Assembly (NCBI GenBank): GCA_963664875.1
Contig: OY761611.1
Location: 2,176,001 to 2,240,000 of the forward strand
Source: Candidatus Kapaibacterium sp.
GTDB lineage: Bacteria > Bacteroidota > Ignavibacteria > Kapaibacteriales > UBA2268
DNA length: 64,000 bases
Direction: 5' to 3'
The translations under genes and the position numbers were made by a program. Of this stretch, positions 46,092 through 58,366 are shown one piece after another. Each line of letters begins with the position of its first letter. The stretch's first letter is position 1. The notes under the pieces are model-generated. The model saw only the letters and a list, made by a program, of their open reading frames with translations, did no database searches and was not told the origin of the DNA.

Positions 46092-48722
46092 ATGCGAGGT
46101 TTATTTACAAACTCCGTTTTTGCAATTATCTTGATTGCTATATTTGGTTTGCATAGTTACGAAGCCAAAGCTACAAAAAACACTGAAGCCACATCTACAA
46201 TCTACTGTATCACATTAGATAATGGCGACGAAGAAACAGGCGATATTTTTAGTAATAAAAATATCCGAATTATTAACTTAGGTCCCGGTGTGAACTCAAG
46301 CAGATTTGACTATGCACCTACTATCAGTGCAGACGGTAAAACTATTTACTTTGTTTCAGACAGAAAAGGTTCTACTCCTTTTATCTCTGATCCTGACAGA
46401 GTTTCTCACGACTTTTGGGCTGTGAAAAAGCAGCATCGCAATGATACTACTTTTTCTGAGCCTTATAATATCGATCCTAATTCAGAATTCGGCGATCAGG
46501 GTGTAAATACGAGATACCACGAAGGTGTTGCTTCTATAGCTGCCGATGGTCAAACTTTGTATTTCGCAGCGTCAAACAGATCAGATGGTCTCGGCGATTC
46601 AGATCTTTATCTTTCTCGCATCGAAGGTGATAAATGGACTCGTCCAGTAAACTTAGGCAAAAATGTTAATACTAAATATACCGAAACGATGCCTTCGATT
46701 GCTCCTGACCAGTCTAAATTGTTCTTCGCTTCTGATAGACCTTTGCCTGGTGAAGAAGACAGACAGGACAACACAAATTTGTGGTACTCAGATTATGACT
46801 TTGATATGGAAGAGTGGCTCCCTGCAAAAGTTTTGACAGAATTGAACACTGAAGATTTTGACGAAGCTCCTTTTATTGCAGCTGACAACCAAACTTTGTT
46901 TTTCTCGTCAGATGGCAGAGATGACTCAAAAGGCGGAAAAGATTTCTATATGACTAAATGGGATCCGGTTTCTAAAAAATGGTCAACACCAAGAAACCTC
47001 GGAGAGCCTATCAATAGTGAAGATAACGAATTGTTTATTACAATGCCTGCCTCAGGCGACATTATCTATTTTACTTCTGACCGCGAAGATATCAAAGGTT
47101 ATCAGGGATCTTTAGATAACTACATGGCTTTTGTGCCAACTTTCTTCAGAAACGTGTCATTGACAGGTACAGTAGCTGATGAATGTTCTGACGAATTTAT
47201 TCCGGCAGTTATCTCTGTTAAAAATCCTATTACAGGTAAAATTTTCAAAGACAGCTTAAACGAATCTCATGCTGAATTTTCTATGGTAGTTACTAATGAT
47301 GCTTTTGGCGATCCAAGAGACTCTGTCAAATACATTGATTATGAAATCACTGCTACACACCCTAAATATGGTTCAAAAACTATAGTGCAGAGAGTAGAAA
47401 AACCAACAGTAACTCAAGATCAGTCTAAAGCAGGCGAAGTTGTAGAAACTTATCCGACTAAAGTTACATTAGGTCAAAGACCTGTGGTATCTTCATTGAT
47501 AGACGAAGCAGAATATATTGCTCAAATCAAAGCTGTACAGCCTGAATTTATTAACTGGCGTGGGCTTGTGATGTCTGAGGTTCTATCTTGGAACTTGTAT
47601 CCGCTCCTTAATTATGTATTCTTCGATGAAGGCAGCTCAGAATTGCCAAGCAGATACAAAACTCTTTCTAAAGCTCAGACTTCTATGTTTAGCGATACAA
47701 CTATCCCGGGCGGAACTTTAGATAAATATTACCACATTTTGAACATTTACGGTTTCCGTCTTAACAAGCACCCTGAAGTGAAAATTACTGTATTGGGTAC
47801 TAACGACAACAAATCAGAAAAAGAAAAAGGTAACACAAACCTATCAAAAGCTCGTGCTACTTTAGTATATAACTACCTTAGAGACGTTTGGGGAATCAGC
47901 GAAGAAAGAATGAAGTTAGAATTTACTAACCTTTCTCCTAACGCTTCTCAAACAAAAGTAAGCGATGACAGAGACTTGGCTGATGAAGAAAACAGACGCG
48001 TAGAACTTTTAACTGACGAATGGGAAGTTAAAAAACCTGTATTTGAAACTGATCCTAAAATCTATCCTCAGCCTGAGTTGATGAAATTTAAACTTGAAAA
48101 CGGTATAGAAGATGCAATCGTTGCAAACAGAAGATTGGAAGTTACTCGTGGTGGCAAACCTTGGAATACTTTCACTGAAATCGGTACTACAGAAGGCGAA
48201 TACGTTTGGAACTGGCAAAACACAGATTTGGAATACCCAACTGACGAAGTTCCTTTCACAGCACAGTTGATTGTAACTACTAAATCAGGTGCAGAATGTA
48301 AATCTGACCCGATTAATATACCGGTTAAACAGGTATCTTCTCGCGAACGTATCGTAACAACCGGCTCTGACTCAACAGACGAAAAATATTCATTGATTCT
48401 CTTCCCGTTCAACAGATTTGATGCAGGTCCGTTCAACGAAAGAATCTTGAAAGATTATGTTTATAACCGTGTAACTCCTGAATCTAAAGTAACTGTAATT
48501 GGTCACACAGACGTTGTTGGTCTTGAAAATCACAACCAAAAATTATCTGAAAGACGTGCGAATACAGTATCTACCGGTATCAAACAAAAATCTAAACAAA
48601 TTGGCGAACTTAATTCAGTAGGTGTTGGCGAATCTGCCCCACTTTACCCTAATGAATTACCTGAAGGTCGCTTGTACAACCGTACAATCCAAGTGTTGAT
48701 TAAAACTCCTCTTAAACAATAA
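46092..48722 (+). CDS. PD40/TolB-like propeller + two OmpA-like domains (PorE-like architecture)
   Basis: Repeated PxISADGxTLYFxSDR and NLGxxVN motifs; ENRRVE first OmpA-like domain; IGHTD, LSERRA and YNRTI second domain. Confidence 0.85.
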   Translation: MRGLFTNSVFAIILIAIFGLHSYEAKATKNTEATSTIYCITLDNGDEETGDIFSNKNIRIINLGPGVNSSRFDYAPTISADGKTIYFVSDRKGSTPFISDPDRVSHDFWAVKKQHRNDTTFSEPYNIDPNSEFGDQGVNTRYHEGVASIAADGQTLYFAASNRSDGLGDSDLYLSRIEGDKWTRPVNLGKNVNTKYTETMPSIAPDQSKLFFASDRPLPGEEDRQDNTNLWYSDYDFDMEEWLPAKVLTELNTEDFDEAPFIAADNQTLFFSSDGRDDSKGGKDFYMTKWDPVSKKWSTPRNLGEPINSEDNELFITMPASGDIIYFTSDREDIKGYQGSLDNYMAFVPTFFRNVSLTGTVADECSDEFIPAVISVKNPITGKIFKDSLNESHAEFSMVVTNDAFGDPRDSVKYIDYEITATHPKYGSKTIVQRVEKPTVTQDQSKAGEVVETYPTKVTLGQRPVVSSLIDEAEYIAQIKAVQPEFINWRGLVMSEVLSWNLYPLLNYVFFDEGSSELPSRYKTLSKAQTSMFSDTTIPGGTLDKYYHILNIYGFRLNKHPEVKITVLGTNDNKSEKEKGNTNLSKARATLVYNYLRDVWGISEERMKLEFTNLSPNASQTKVSDDRDLADEENRRVELLTDEWEVKKPVFETDPKIYPQPELMKFKLENGIEDAIVANRRLEVTRGGKPWNTFTEIGTTEGEYVWNWQNTDLEYPTDEVPFTAQLIVTTKSGAECKSDPINIPVKQVSSRERIVTTGSDSTDEKYSLILFPFNRFDAGPFNERILKDYVYNRVTPESKVTVIGHTDVVGLENHNQKLSERRANTVSTGIKQKSKQIGELNSVGVGESAPLYPNELPEGRLYNRTIQVLIKTPLKQ

Positions 48723-48750
48723 AAGTTTACGCAGGACATATTTAGCTGAG

Positions 48751-48783
48751 ACACTCTGCTCGAAAGGGCAGAGTGTTTTTTTT
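48751..48783 (+). terminator. Intrinsic terminator
   Basis: ACACTCTGCTC-GAAA-GGGCAGAGTGT plus T-tract. Confidence 0.88.
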
Positions 48784-49163
48784 ATATACAATACTGACCC
48801 TTCCTAAATGTGGAATATAGCTTCCATTTGCAATTGAATAGATATTGCCTATGATTCGAGATAATAATTGAATACGCTATTGGAATTTTATCTTGTATAA
48901 TGCCAAGTATTTGTACTTTACTTCTGCTTTGCTATGCATAATCTTTCAGATCATCCTTCTTTTCTTTTTCCAAAGAAGCAATAAGTAATCTTTTTAACAC
49001 TGTAAATTTTAGTATATTTTAAACAAAGGCAGAACACAATATCATTAAAATTGCTCTAGTAATATTTTTGGAAAAGCACAACACAAAAATAAAGGCTGCT
49101 CACATAATACAGAACAGCCTATAATTCCTATATGAATTTGCTTGTCAATATAAAAAAAACAAT

Positions 49164-52100
49164 CTAAGGATTTAGATACCTGCCTCCTTTGCTGTAATTT
49201 TCTTTGCTTTTATTTCCCTGGCCTTGGGTATTGATTTTAAACTGATTGACTACTACATTCAGCTGAGAAGTGTAGTCAGTCATTCTGTTTGCTGCTTCTG
49301 CAATGTAAGATATTTGCTCAGATGTTTCCTGCGAGACGCTGCTGATACCGGTAATATTTTTTGCAACCTGTGCAGTCGTAGAAGATTGTTCATCGCTTGC
49401 AGCTGCAATGTGCATAATCATTTCTATAAGCTGGTTAGTACTTTGTACGATATCAGAAAGAGACTCCCCTGCCTCATCCGCAAACTTGATACCTAATTTT
49501 ACTTCTTCGTTTCCTTTATTCATAGTAGAAACAGCTGCTTGAGTTTCTTCCTGTACACCCTTTATCATGACAGATATCTGTTTTGTAGCATCAGTAGTGC
49601 GTTCTGCCAATTTTCGTACTTCATCGGCAACAACGGCGAAACCTCTTCCCTGCTCGCCTGCTCTGGCAGCTTCTATTGCTGCATTGAGAGCAAGAAGATT
49701 TGTTTGATCTGCTATTTCTTCGATTACTGCAATAATTTGACCGATTTGCTTTCCTGATTCTCCCAATTTTTGAATATTCTGAGCAGATTGGCTTACAACT
49801 CCGGCAATATCCTGCATTTTGGTAACGGTTTGTGATACAATTTTCCTACCTTCTGAGGCAATATTTCCGTTGGTTTTAGCAACATCAGAAGTATTAGCTG
49901 CATTATCTGCATTTTCTATAACTGTACGAGCCATTTCTTCCATAGCAGCAGCTATCTCCTCAGCTTGAGAAGTTTGCATTTGCGAAGCAGAAGCTACAGA
50001 GCTTGAATTAGCACTAATTTCGTTTGAAGCATCCGACACAGCATTAACAACTTCGATAACGTTAAGAATCAGATCTTGAAGAGAAGAGCCAAGTTTATTG
50101 ATGTTTCGACTAAGTTCGTCGAACTCACCGGAATAAAGTCCTTGCATCCTGACTGTAAGATCGCCTGAAGCAAGACTTCCAAGGACGTTTCCTGCTTCAT
50201 GCAAAGGAGCTGCCATAGCATCCATGATATTATTCATGCCCTCAATCATAAACTGCCAGTTGCCAAGGTATTTATCGGATGCAGCCCGCTTATCGAGTTC
50301 ACCATTTATAGAAGATTGTGTTTGAAATTTAATATCTTCAGCAAAATTTTCAATGACATTTAGACAGTCATTTATATTATCCGCCATCACTTTATATTCG
50401 CCAAGAAACTGCTCTTCGATTTTTGAGAAATGCTCACCTTTACTTGTAGCGTCAGCAAAAGCAGCAGCAATTCGAAGGGGTTTGACGAGATTATCGATAC
50501 TTTTATTCAATTCAATTATTACTTGTTTGAATTCGCCATTGTGCTGTTCAGTATCAGCCCTTTCATCTAACTTTCCTTCTGCGGCACTTACAGAAATCCG
50601 GGTAGCATCCGAAACAAGCATTTGTATCGATTGTATCATTTTTACAAAAGCAGGTATAAGTTCGTCATTTTGGCTCCTCTTACCTATTGTAACCAGATGC
50701 TCAAGGTCTTCGAGCTTGCCGTTACTAACGTTTCGGGCTATTTGCAATATTTGGCGAAGTCCTTCAATTACTTCTTTAGTGTGTTGCTGCTGTTCAAGCC
50801 AAATACCGGTGTAACCTTTTTCGAGTGTGATATCGTAATCGTTTTTTGAGATATTTAATAGAATGGAATTCATCGCATTAACAGGCTTTGCGACAGACTC
50901 TTTCATATTATTTAAGCCTTCGACAAGCTCTTTCCAGCCATTTCTGAACTTATTAGTGTCGCAACTATAGCTCAAATTCCCATTCCGAATTTCTGATGCA
51001 AGCAAATCCAATTCCGATACAACATTGAGCAGATTATCCCTAAGAAGATCACACCTCTCGTTTGCCAGTACTTGCTTGCCAGGAAGCTTTTTAAGTACAG
51101 GAGCAAAGTTGCCCTCCGCATACTCTTTGATAATGTCGAGTATCAATAATTCATTTTGTACATGTATCAAAACGGATTTGTTAACACCATCAGCCATTGT
51201 CTGATAAGCTCCCTGAAACTTAGAAACATCGATAGTAAACTCTATGTCGCCGGCAAGGTGCAGATTGTACATTTGCTGCATACTTTCAATAAATTCGTTT
51301 AGGTTGCTAATGAGCTGATTCAAATTCAATTTGATAAGATTAAAATCACCTTTGTACTCTTCAGCTATAAGATCAGGAATATTGCCATGCGAAATCATAT
51401 CAACGTAATCTGCAGTCACTTTAAGCGGAGTAATTACAGAGTCTAATGTGATATTTACTCCCGTAGCTATTTCTTTAAATGCTCCACGGAATTTGTTTTC
51501 CTCAAGCCTAGTAGCTAAACTACCATTACTCACAGCTTTGGAAACTTGATTCAATTCATTGATTACAAGAAGCAGAGAGTCTCTCAAAACATCTAATTTT
51601 TCGTTAGCCTCAGCCTGATTGCCCGGTAATTTTTCCATTACAACAGAGAAATCCCCAACAGAATAAGCACTAAGCACACTTAGCATTTTTCTTACATTAT
51701 TGATGTGAATATTTGCAATATTATTCACACCTGAAGCCATACTTGCAAAGACACCTGTGTAGCTCTGGGAATCAATTGTGTGGTCAGAGTTGCCTTCCTT
51801 TTGGGCATTATACATAGCGGTCATATCAGCTACAAATAAATCAAGATTTTGAATTAGCTTATTGATATTGTTTTTGATTTCGTTGTAATCACCTAAATAT
51901 TCCTCTTCAATGATATGAGGAATATCACCTTTAGAAATTCTGTCGATATACTCAGCCGTAATATTAAGTGGCTTTATTACTGCATCGAGAGTATGATTAA
52001 GTCCCTGAATAATTTCTTTGAATTCTCCTGCAAACTTATCAGTCATGCCACGCTTATCTAACCTACCTTCGATAGTTGCTTCAGTAACTTGTTTAATTTC

Positions 52101-53261
52101 TGCGGTAATTGACTTAATAGTCATTTGCATGGTACTAAATGACCTGGCGAGTATTGCAATTTCATCTTCCGATTGCTTGTTTAAGAATAATTCAAATGGA
52201 GAGTTTGCAGAAAAATATTCAAAATTCCCTGCAGTTAGTGCGGTATTTGCTTCAAGAAGTACTTTCAGCCTCTTTGAAACCAATCGGTTAATAATAATCA
52301 GAAGTGCGACTCCCAGTAATAACAGAATGCTGTAAATTATTATTATGATTCTATCAATCGAGGCAAACTGCAGAGAAAGATTTTTACTTAAAACGATAAA
52401 GCCAACTACGCTGCCGGAGTAGTCAAGCATCGGGATGTAACTCATTGCAGTTTCGCCCGACAGAACAGTCTCAATGCCTTTGCTTGTGACTAATTTCTCA
52501 GCTAACTTTTCGTCGAATAGCTTTGATGGAGAAACAGTGCTGTTTTCTACCTTTGAGATATAGTAATTTCCTTTTGTGCCTTCGTAAGCATCTTTGAGCT
52601 GTTCTTCCAAAAACAAGGTTTCAGCCAAATCTTTATTTACAACGTAAAAATTATTGAACAAAGTATCGCCAGCAGTAACAAGAGGCAATATATCAAATGG
52701 ATTAAAAAACAACTCAACAGAACCAAGATATTCGCTACTATCAATTATAGGAACGATACTTCTTATCGCTACGCCTCCTCTGCCAATTTCCGTAGCTTTA
52801 AGGCTTTGTTTAGTCTCAGCAACTCTAAGGATAGTATGCCTAAAGGAACTTAGATCATCGAATCTTTTCTTTGACCATAGTCTAAGAAGACTTTTGGCAG
52901 GTGGTCTGTGAAAATGGAGTCTTAGGATGTCTCCTTCATTTGCAGCTCCTATGGAATTGCTTAGTGGTAGGGCATAGTCGGTAAGTAGCTGAGCTGCCGT
53001 TTCATCATCTAATTTATACGCTTCCTTTACTCTCGGGTCATCGGCTATAAAGGTGAGAGTCTCGAGTGTCTTGCTTTGCATATTAGCCATAAGTGCCGCA
53101 AGCTGGTTTGATGCCTTGTCGGTTTCTCTTAATACTTCCGATTCGATTTGTTTTCCCATATTATCGCGAATCAACCAACCACTCAAAAAGAGGAGGACGA
53201 TAAAAAATGGAGCAAGCATAAAGAGGATTTTCAAAGAAATCCGGTTAATTTTAAAAATCAT
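49164..53261 (-). CDS. Methyl-accepting chemotaxis protein, Cache sensor + long poly-HAMP array
   Basis: Two TMs around a Cache-type domain (LHFH...LLRLW, EIGRGG), ~16 HAMP-like units, [38 protein letters not shown]; start MIFK (53261) preferred. Confidence 0.95.
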   Translation of the reverse strand: MIFKINRISLKILFMLAPFFIVLLFLSGWLIRDNMGKQIESEVLRETDKASNQLAALMANMQSKTLETLTFIADDPRVKEAYKLDDETAAQLLTDYALPLSNSIGAANEGDILRLHFHRPPAKSLLRLWSKKRFDDLSSFRHTILRVAETKQSLKATEIGRGGVAIRSIVPIIDSSEYLGSVELFFNPFDILPLVTAGDTLFNNFYVVNKDLAETLFLEEQLKDAYEGTKGNYYISKVENSTVSPSKLFDEKLAEKLVTSKGIETVLSGETAMSYIPMLDYSGSVVGFIVLSKNLSLQFASIDRIIIIIYSILLLLGVALLIIINRLVSKRLKVLLEANTALTAGNFEYFSANSPFELFLNKQSEDEIAILARSFSTMQMTIKSITAEIKQVTEATIEGRLDKRGMTDKFAGEFKEIIQGLNHTLDAVIKPLNITAEYIDRISKGDIPHIIEEEYLGDYNEIKNNINKLIQNLDLFVADMTAMYNAQKEGNSDHTIDSQSYTGVFASMASGVNNIANIHINNVRKMLSVLSAYSVGDFSVVMEKLPGNQAEANEKLDVLRDSLLLVINELNQVSKAVSNGSLATRLEENKFRGAFKEIATGVNITLDSVITPLKVTADYVDMISHGNIPDLIAEEYKGDFNLIKLNLNQLISNLNEFIESMQQMYNLHLAGDIEFTIDVSKFQGAYQTMADGVNKSVLIHVQNELLILDIIKEYAEGNFAPVLKKLPGKQVLANERCDLLRDNLLNVVSELDLLASEIRNGNLSYSCDTNKFRNGWKELVEGLNNMKESVAKPVNAMNSILLNISKNDYDITLEKGYTGIWLEQQQHTKEVIEGLRQILQIARNVSNGKLEDLEHLVTIGKRSQNDELIPAFVKMIQSIQMLVSDATRISVSAAEGKLDERADTEQHNGEFKQVIIELNKSIDNLVKPLRIAAAFADATSKGEHFSKIEEQFLGEYKVMADNINDCLNVIENFAEDIKFQTQSSINGELDKRAASDKYLGNWQFMIEGMNNIMDAMAAPLHEAGNVLGSLASGDLTVRMQGLYSGEFDELSRNINKLGSSLQDLILNVIEVVNAVSDASNEISANSSSVASASQMQTSQAEEIAAAMEEMARTVIENADNAANTSDVAKTNGNIASEGRKIVSQTVTKMQDIAGVVSQSAQNIQKLGESGKQIGQIIAVIEEIADQTNLLALNAAIEAARAGEQGRGFAVVADEVRKLAERTTDATKQISVMIKGVQEETQAAVSTMNKGNEEVKLGIKFADEAGESLSDIVQSTNQLIEMIMHIAAASDEQSSTTAQVAKNITGISSVSQETSEQISYIAEAANRMTDYTSQLNVVVNQFKINTQGQGNKSKENYSKGGRYLNP

Positions 53262-53582
53262 TATCAACCCCTTAAATTGTAATAGAAGCATTATCTATAA
53301 GAAGGATGAATAGAATATTTGTTTTTATCTCATCCGATAACAAATGATGCAATACTTTCATCTATCTGTTGTTTATATATAAAGACTTATTTTTTGGTAA
53401 AGCAAATAAAAGGAAAATTATTTGTTTTAAGTTTATGAGCCTTCGTATTGAAAAGTCCCTTATAATATAATTCTATAAGAGAACTAATAGTCTATTACTA
53501 TATTTATTTTGTTTCAAATTATGTCAATTATGACTATATTTGATTTGTAACTGTCTATCACATGTTTTTTTTAGGAGCATTT

Positions 53583-56500
53583 ATGAGCTTACGTGTACGA
53601 AGTAAAATTGTATTGCTTGCCAATATTTGTATTACGCTGCCTTTGGCTATCATCATTTCCATAATTTTTATTGAAAAAAATGGTGCCGCAGAAGAAAATC
53701 TCACTATTATCAATGAAATGACTAAAGATAATTTGTCTCAGATTAGTAAAAACGTTTATGCTATATGTAATGCATCAAATAGTGTTATAAACTCTAAGCT
53801 AAATAGTAGCATCAAACTACTCGAAGAAAAAATTGCTCAAAAAGGTGGCTTAAATCTCTCTGATGAAACTGCCTCATGGGAAGCGATAAATCAATTCGAT
53901 AAAAGTAGCCTCAGCTTAGATTTGCCCAAAGTATTACTTGGTAAAAACTGGCTTGGACAAAATGCGGATGTAAATACCGAAACACCATTGCTTGATAACG
54001 TTGCAGATATTATGGATGCTACGTTTACCATTTTCCAAAGGATGAATGAGCAAGGTGACATGCTTAGGGTTGCGACTACTATAAGGAAATTGGACGATAC
54101 TCGTGCTATCGGGACTTTCATTCCTGCAACCAACCCTACCGGCGAAGCCAACCCTGTAATTAGTAAAATAATGAATAAAGAAGAATATCGTGGTTCTGCA
54201 TTTGTAGTAAATAAAGTTTACCAGACTGTTTACAAACCTTTGCTTGATGATGCGGGTGAGGTAATAGGAATACTTTATGTAGGGGTAAGGCAAGAGCAGG
54301 ATGAAGGCTTGCGTCAAAGCATTATGGATATTAAGGTAGGTAAAACCGGATATGTATATATCTTGCAGGGCAAGGGACCAAAACAAGGTGAATATGTTAT
54401 ATCTTACTTAGGCAAAAGAGATGGGGAAAATCTCATGACTTCTGACAATCCGGCTGTTGCTAAGGTTGGCAAAGATGTAGTTGAGATTGCTCTTAAACTC
54501 AAAGGCAATGAAACCGGCTTGTACGAATATGGATGGAAAAACGAAGGCGAATCAGAGCCAAGAGACAAAATTACACTTATCAATTACTACGCTCCCTGGG
54601 ATTGGGTAATCGGAGTTGGAGCTTACAAAGAAGATTTTATGACAATTAGTGAAAAAATGTTGGCTTCTTTGGATAAATTGATATTGATTAGTGTTGTTAC
54701 TGCTCTTATAGTGAATGGGATACTCGGTTTATTTGTTTTTGGCTATATCAAACGTATGATGAAGCCTCTTGAAGACATGGCGATTGCAGCTAAAAATCTT
54801 GCACTTGGCAACATCAATAATAAAATCGATTACGCAAATGAAGATGAAATAGGAGAACTTGCAGATTCATTTAGAGCGATGCAAGGAAGCCTTACAAATA
54901 TTATTGATGAAATCGCTATTGTAACAGAAAGTGTTTCCAACGGACAACTCGACAGAAGAGGCAAAGCCGGATCTTTCAATGGTTCGTATAGAGACATTGT
55001 CGAAGGACTTAATGGCACACTTGATGCTGTAATCAAACCTCTTAATGTAACTGCTGAGTATTTGGACAGAATCTCTAAAGGAGACATTCCAACAAAAATA
55101 TCAGAAGATTACAAAGGCGATTTTAACGAAATCAAAAACAATATAAACCAACTTATCGATAGTTTGAATTTCTTTGTTGATGACATGCTTGGTATGTATG
55201 AAAACCAGAAAGCCGGCGAACTTGATGTAATGATGCAATCTGATAAACTACTTGGTGTATATCACAAAATGGCAGAAGGTGTAAACAATGTTGCAAAAAT
55301 ACATATCAACAACATTTTAAAGATTCTTGACATTCTGAAATCTTATGCAGAAGGCGACCTGACACCTGTGTTGGAAAAACTTCCGGGCAAACAGATAATT
55401 GCTAATGAAAGGCTGGACTTGCTTCGCAATACTCTAAATAAAATCATCACAGAGCTAAATTCGGTTTCTGTAAATATTGAGGCAGGACAATTGGCATACA
55501 GAGCCAACTCTGACAGTTTCGAAGGTGCCTACAAAGAAATCATTCTTGGCCTCAACGGAAGTCTGGAAATGGTAATTTCTCCTTTGAATATTACTGCTGA
55601 ATATCTAAGCAAAATTTCAAGAGGTGAAATACCACCGAAATTTGAAGATGAAGCAAAAGGAGACTTCATCCTAATCAAAAACAGCGTAAATACGCTTATA
55701 GACAATTTGAACTTGTTCATTTCCGACATGCTTCACAATTACAAAGAGCATGAAGCCGGTGATTTTGATGCGTTTATAGACTCTTCGCAGTATCAGGGTG
55801 CCTTTGCAGATATGACAATAGGAGTCAATAACTCTATCAACCTTTATTCTTCACTGCTCGGCGAAATACTAAATATTGTAGAATCTTATGCGAACGGTGA
55901 CTTTGATAAATTACTCAAAGAGCTGCCCGGCAAACAAAAAGATGCTAACAACAGAATGAATCTTCTCAGAACAAATCTGCTTAATGTGGTGACTGAATTG
56001 GAAGACCTTTCTGCAGCAGTTCGCAGAGGCGATTTGGCTTATAACTGCGATGCAAGTAAGTTTAAACAGGATTGGGCAAAACTTGTAGCAGGTCTAAATG
56101 CTATGAAAGATGAAGTAGCCAAACCGGTTAATGAAATCAATAATATTTTGAGTAAAATTGCAGTGAATGACCATGTTGTAGAATTTAGTCCCGGCTACGA
56201 AGGCTTGTGGTTAGAGCTGCAAGACTATACTAAAGGAGTTCTCTCTAGAATCCAAAACGTAGTCCGCATACTTAAAAATATTAGTGTAGGCAATTTGGCT
56301 GATGTTGTAGATCTGAAACGTGTAGGAAAGCGTAGCGATAATGACGAATTAATTCCATCTATGATTCTAATGATTGAGTCAATACAAGCACTTGTTGATG
56401 ACGCAGAATTGCTCGCGAAACACGCAGCAGACGGCTCCCTTGACAAACGTGCAGACGAAAATGCCCACAAAGGTGAATATAAAAATGTAATCGCCGGATT

Positions 56501-57842
56501 TAATAAAACTATTGACAATCTTGTGTCACCACTTAGGATAGCAGCTTCGTTTGCAGATGCTATAAGCAAAGGCAGCAAATTTGAAAAGCTTGCTGATGAT
56601 TATCAGGGTGAATACAAAATCATGGCAACTAATATTAATATTTGCTTAACCGTAATGGAAAACTTCGCAGAGGATATTTATAATCAGACACAAGCATCAA
56701 TCAATGGACAACTGGATCTTAGGACTGATGTGACCAAATACGATGGTAATTGGAAGTCCATGGTAGCGGGCATGAATAATATTATGGATGCTATGTCAGC
56801 TCCACTTTCTGAAGCCGGAAATGTCCTCGAAGAACTTGCTTCAGGTGATTTGCGTTCTAGGATGCAAGGGGCTTACGAGGGAGAATTTGATAAACTCAGC
56901 AATAATGTAAACAAGCTTGGTAATTCTCTTCAAGATTTAATCAGAAATGTGGTTGAAGTTGTAGAAGCAGTCTCAGTTGCGTCTAATCAAATCAGCATCA
57001 ATTCCAATACTGTTGCCACTGCCTCGCAAGAGCAGAGCTCACAAGCGGAAGAAATTGCAACTGCAATTGAACAAATGGCAAGAACCGTTATGGAAAATGC
57101 AGATAATGCCTCCAGCACTTCTGATGAAGCAAAAACAAACGGTAATATTGCCCGAGATGGCGGAGAAATTGTAGCACAGACAGTTTTAAAAATGCAGGAC
57201 ATAGCTACTGTTGTAAGCCAATCCGCTTCAAACATTCAAAAACTTGGAGAATCAGGAAAGCAGATAGGTCAGATTATTTCAGTTATCGAAGAGATAGCCG
57301 ATCAAACAAATCTACTTGCTTTGAATGCCGCTATTGAAGCAGCCCGAGCCGGAGAGCAAGGTCGTGGCTTTGCAGTTGTTGCCGACGAGGTAAGAAAATT
57401 AGCAGAAAGAACCACAGAAGCAACTAAGCAAATATCCAACATGATAAAAGGGGTTCAAAACGAAACAGAATCAGCAGTAACTATAATGAACAAAGGAAAT
57501 CAAGAAGTAAATCTTGGTATCCAGTTTGCAGATAAAGCAGGTCAATCTCTGTCAAATATCGTGAACAGTACAAACAAAGTAATAGAGATGATAATGCACA
57601 TAGCAGCTGCAAGCGAAGAACAATCTGCTACTACAGAAGAAATAGCCAAAAACATAGCAGCTATCTCTAATGTATCGCAGGATACTGCAGAGCAAATTTC
57701 TCACATAGCAGAAGCAGCTAATAGAATGAACGAATACACTTCTCAGCTAAATTTGGTCATCAATCAATTTAAAATAGACGATTTTGCAGGCGATGAAGAT
57801 TTTAGAATTGATGCAAGTCAATCAAAGTACTTACTTTCATAA
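53583..57842 (+). CDS. Methyl-accepting chemotaxis protein, different Cache sensor + same poly-HAMP array
   Basis: AGGAG SD before ATG 53583; TIFQR...MLRVATT, RAIGT and YAPWDWVIG Cache motifs; MCP signalling signature. Confidence 0.95.
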   Translation: MSLRVRSKIVLLANICITLPLAIIISIIFIEKNGAAEENLTIINEMTKDNLSQISKNVYAICNASNSVINSKLNSSIKLLEEKIAQKGGLNLSDETASWEAINQFDKSSLSLDLPKVLLGKNWLGQNADVNTETPLLDNVADIMDATFTIFQRMNEQGDMLRVATTIRKLDDTRAIGTFIPATNPTGEANPVISKIMNKEEYRGSAFVVNKVYQTVYKPLLDDAGEVIGILYVGVRQEQDEGLRQSIMDIKVGKTGYVYILQGKGPKQGEYVISYLGKRDGENLMTSDNPAVAKVGKDVVEIALKLKGNETGLYEYGWKNEGESEPRDKITLINYYAPWDWVIGVGAYKEDFMTISEKMLASLDKLILISVVTALIVNGILGLFVFGYIKRMMKPLEDMAIAAKNLALGNINNKIDYANEDEIGELADSFRAMQGSLTNIIDEIAIVTESVSNGQLDRRGKAGSFNGSYRDIVEGLNGTLDAVIKPLNVTAEYLDRISKGDIPTKISEDYKGDFNEIKNNINQLIDSLNFFVDDMLGMYENQKAGELDVMMQSDKLLGVYHKMAEGVNNVAKIHINNILKILDILKSYAEGDLTPVLEKLPGKQIIANERLDLLRNTLNKIITELNSVSVNIEAGQLAYRANSDSFEGAYKEIILGLNGSLEMVISPLNITAEYLSKISRGEIPPKFEDEAKGDFILIKNSVNTLIDNLNLFISDMLHNYKEHEAGDFDAFIDSSQYQGAFADMTIGVNNSINLYSSLLGEILNIVESYANGDFDKLLKELPGKQKDANNRMNLLRTNLLNVVTELEDLSAAVRRGDLAYNCDASKFKQDWAKLVAGLNAMKDEVAKPVNEINNILSKIAVNDHVVEFSPGYEGLWLELQDYTKGVLSRIQNVVRILKNISVGNLADVVDLKRVGKRSDNDELIPSMILMIESIQALVDDAELLAKHAADGSLDKRADENAHKGEYKNVIAGFNKTIDNLVSPLRIAASFADAISKGSKFEKLADDYQGEYKIMATNINICLTVMENFAEDIYNQTQASINGQLDLRTDVTKYDGNWKSMVAGMNNIMDAMSAPLSEAGNVLEELASGDLRSRMQGAYEGEFDKLSNNVNKLGNSLQDLIRNVVEVVEAVSVASNQISINSNTVATASQEQSSQAEEIATAIEQMARTVMENADNASSTSDEAKTNGNIARDGGEIVAQTVLKMQDIATVVSQSASNIQKLGESGKQIGQIISVIEEIADQTNLLALNAAIEAARAGEQGRGFAVVADEVRKLAERTTEATKQISNMIKGVQNETESAVTIMNKGNQEVNLGIQFADKAGQSLSNIVNSTNKVIEMIMHIAAASEEQSATTEEIAKNIAAISNVSQDTAEQISHIAEAANRMNEYTSQLNLVINQFKIDDFAGDEDFRIDASQSKYLLS

Positions 57843-57860
57843 TCACAAACAACACTAACA

Positions 57861-57894
57861 CAAAAGGTCGCAGGTTTACATCTGCGACCTTTTG
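57861..57894 (+). terminator. Terminator after MCP
   Basis: CAAAAGGTCGCAG/CTGCGACCTTTTG perfect stem. Confidence 0.85.
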
Positions 57895-57953
57895 TATTAT
57901 TGCAGTTTTTTACATTTGACGACCAATTTACTTCGTTATCTTGTTTCTTGGTG

Positions 57954-58201
57954 GGAGCTGTCTCATAAGTCAAAAACTGAATGGCATTCCAAAATTTGGC
58001 GACTTTAACCGCAAGCTACGCTACGACTCGCTTTGCTTGCTCAGTAACTTTATGTGGTTGGACTGATGTAACTCCTTGCAAACGAGAAAGGTTACTGAGC
58101 TTGTCGAAGTATAGCCGTCTGCAGAAACAAGTTTGACTTTTTTATAAGTTACTGTATCTACAAGATTTTTAATGTAAAAAGAGCACTTATGAGACAGCCT
58201 C
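57954..58201. mobile_element. Putative MITE (~248 bp) enclosing a REP-like inverted pair
   Basis: 14-bp perfect TIR GCTGTCTCATAAGT/ACTTATGAGACAGC; internal GCTCAGTAAC (58039-58048)/GTTACTGAGC (58091-58100). Confidence 0.65.
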
Positions 58202-58299
58202 TTCAATGATTCAATAAGTAGGAGTTGCCTACAAGAATCTTAAAATTGTAATGACAAATTTCAGTTTATCTATCATTATAGCTATATGCGATAAAATCA

Positions 58300-58346
58300 A
58301 AAAAGCAGCTAATTCAAAACTGTTATTTACGAATTAGCTGCTTTTT
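58300..58346 (-). terminator. Terminator after OmpA-family gene
   Basis: 16-bp inverted repeat AAAAAGCAGCTAATTC/GAATTAGCTGCTTTTT. Confidence 0.85.
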
Positions 58347-58366
58347 GTTATTCACAATAAGGGGTA

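Noticed and set aside
48790-49010. Possible gene fragment on the minus strand between the OmpA and MCP terminators
   Set aside because: Short, stop-interrupted frames with no recognisable motif.
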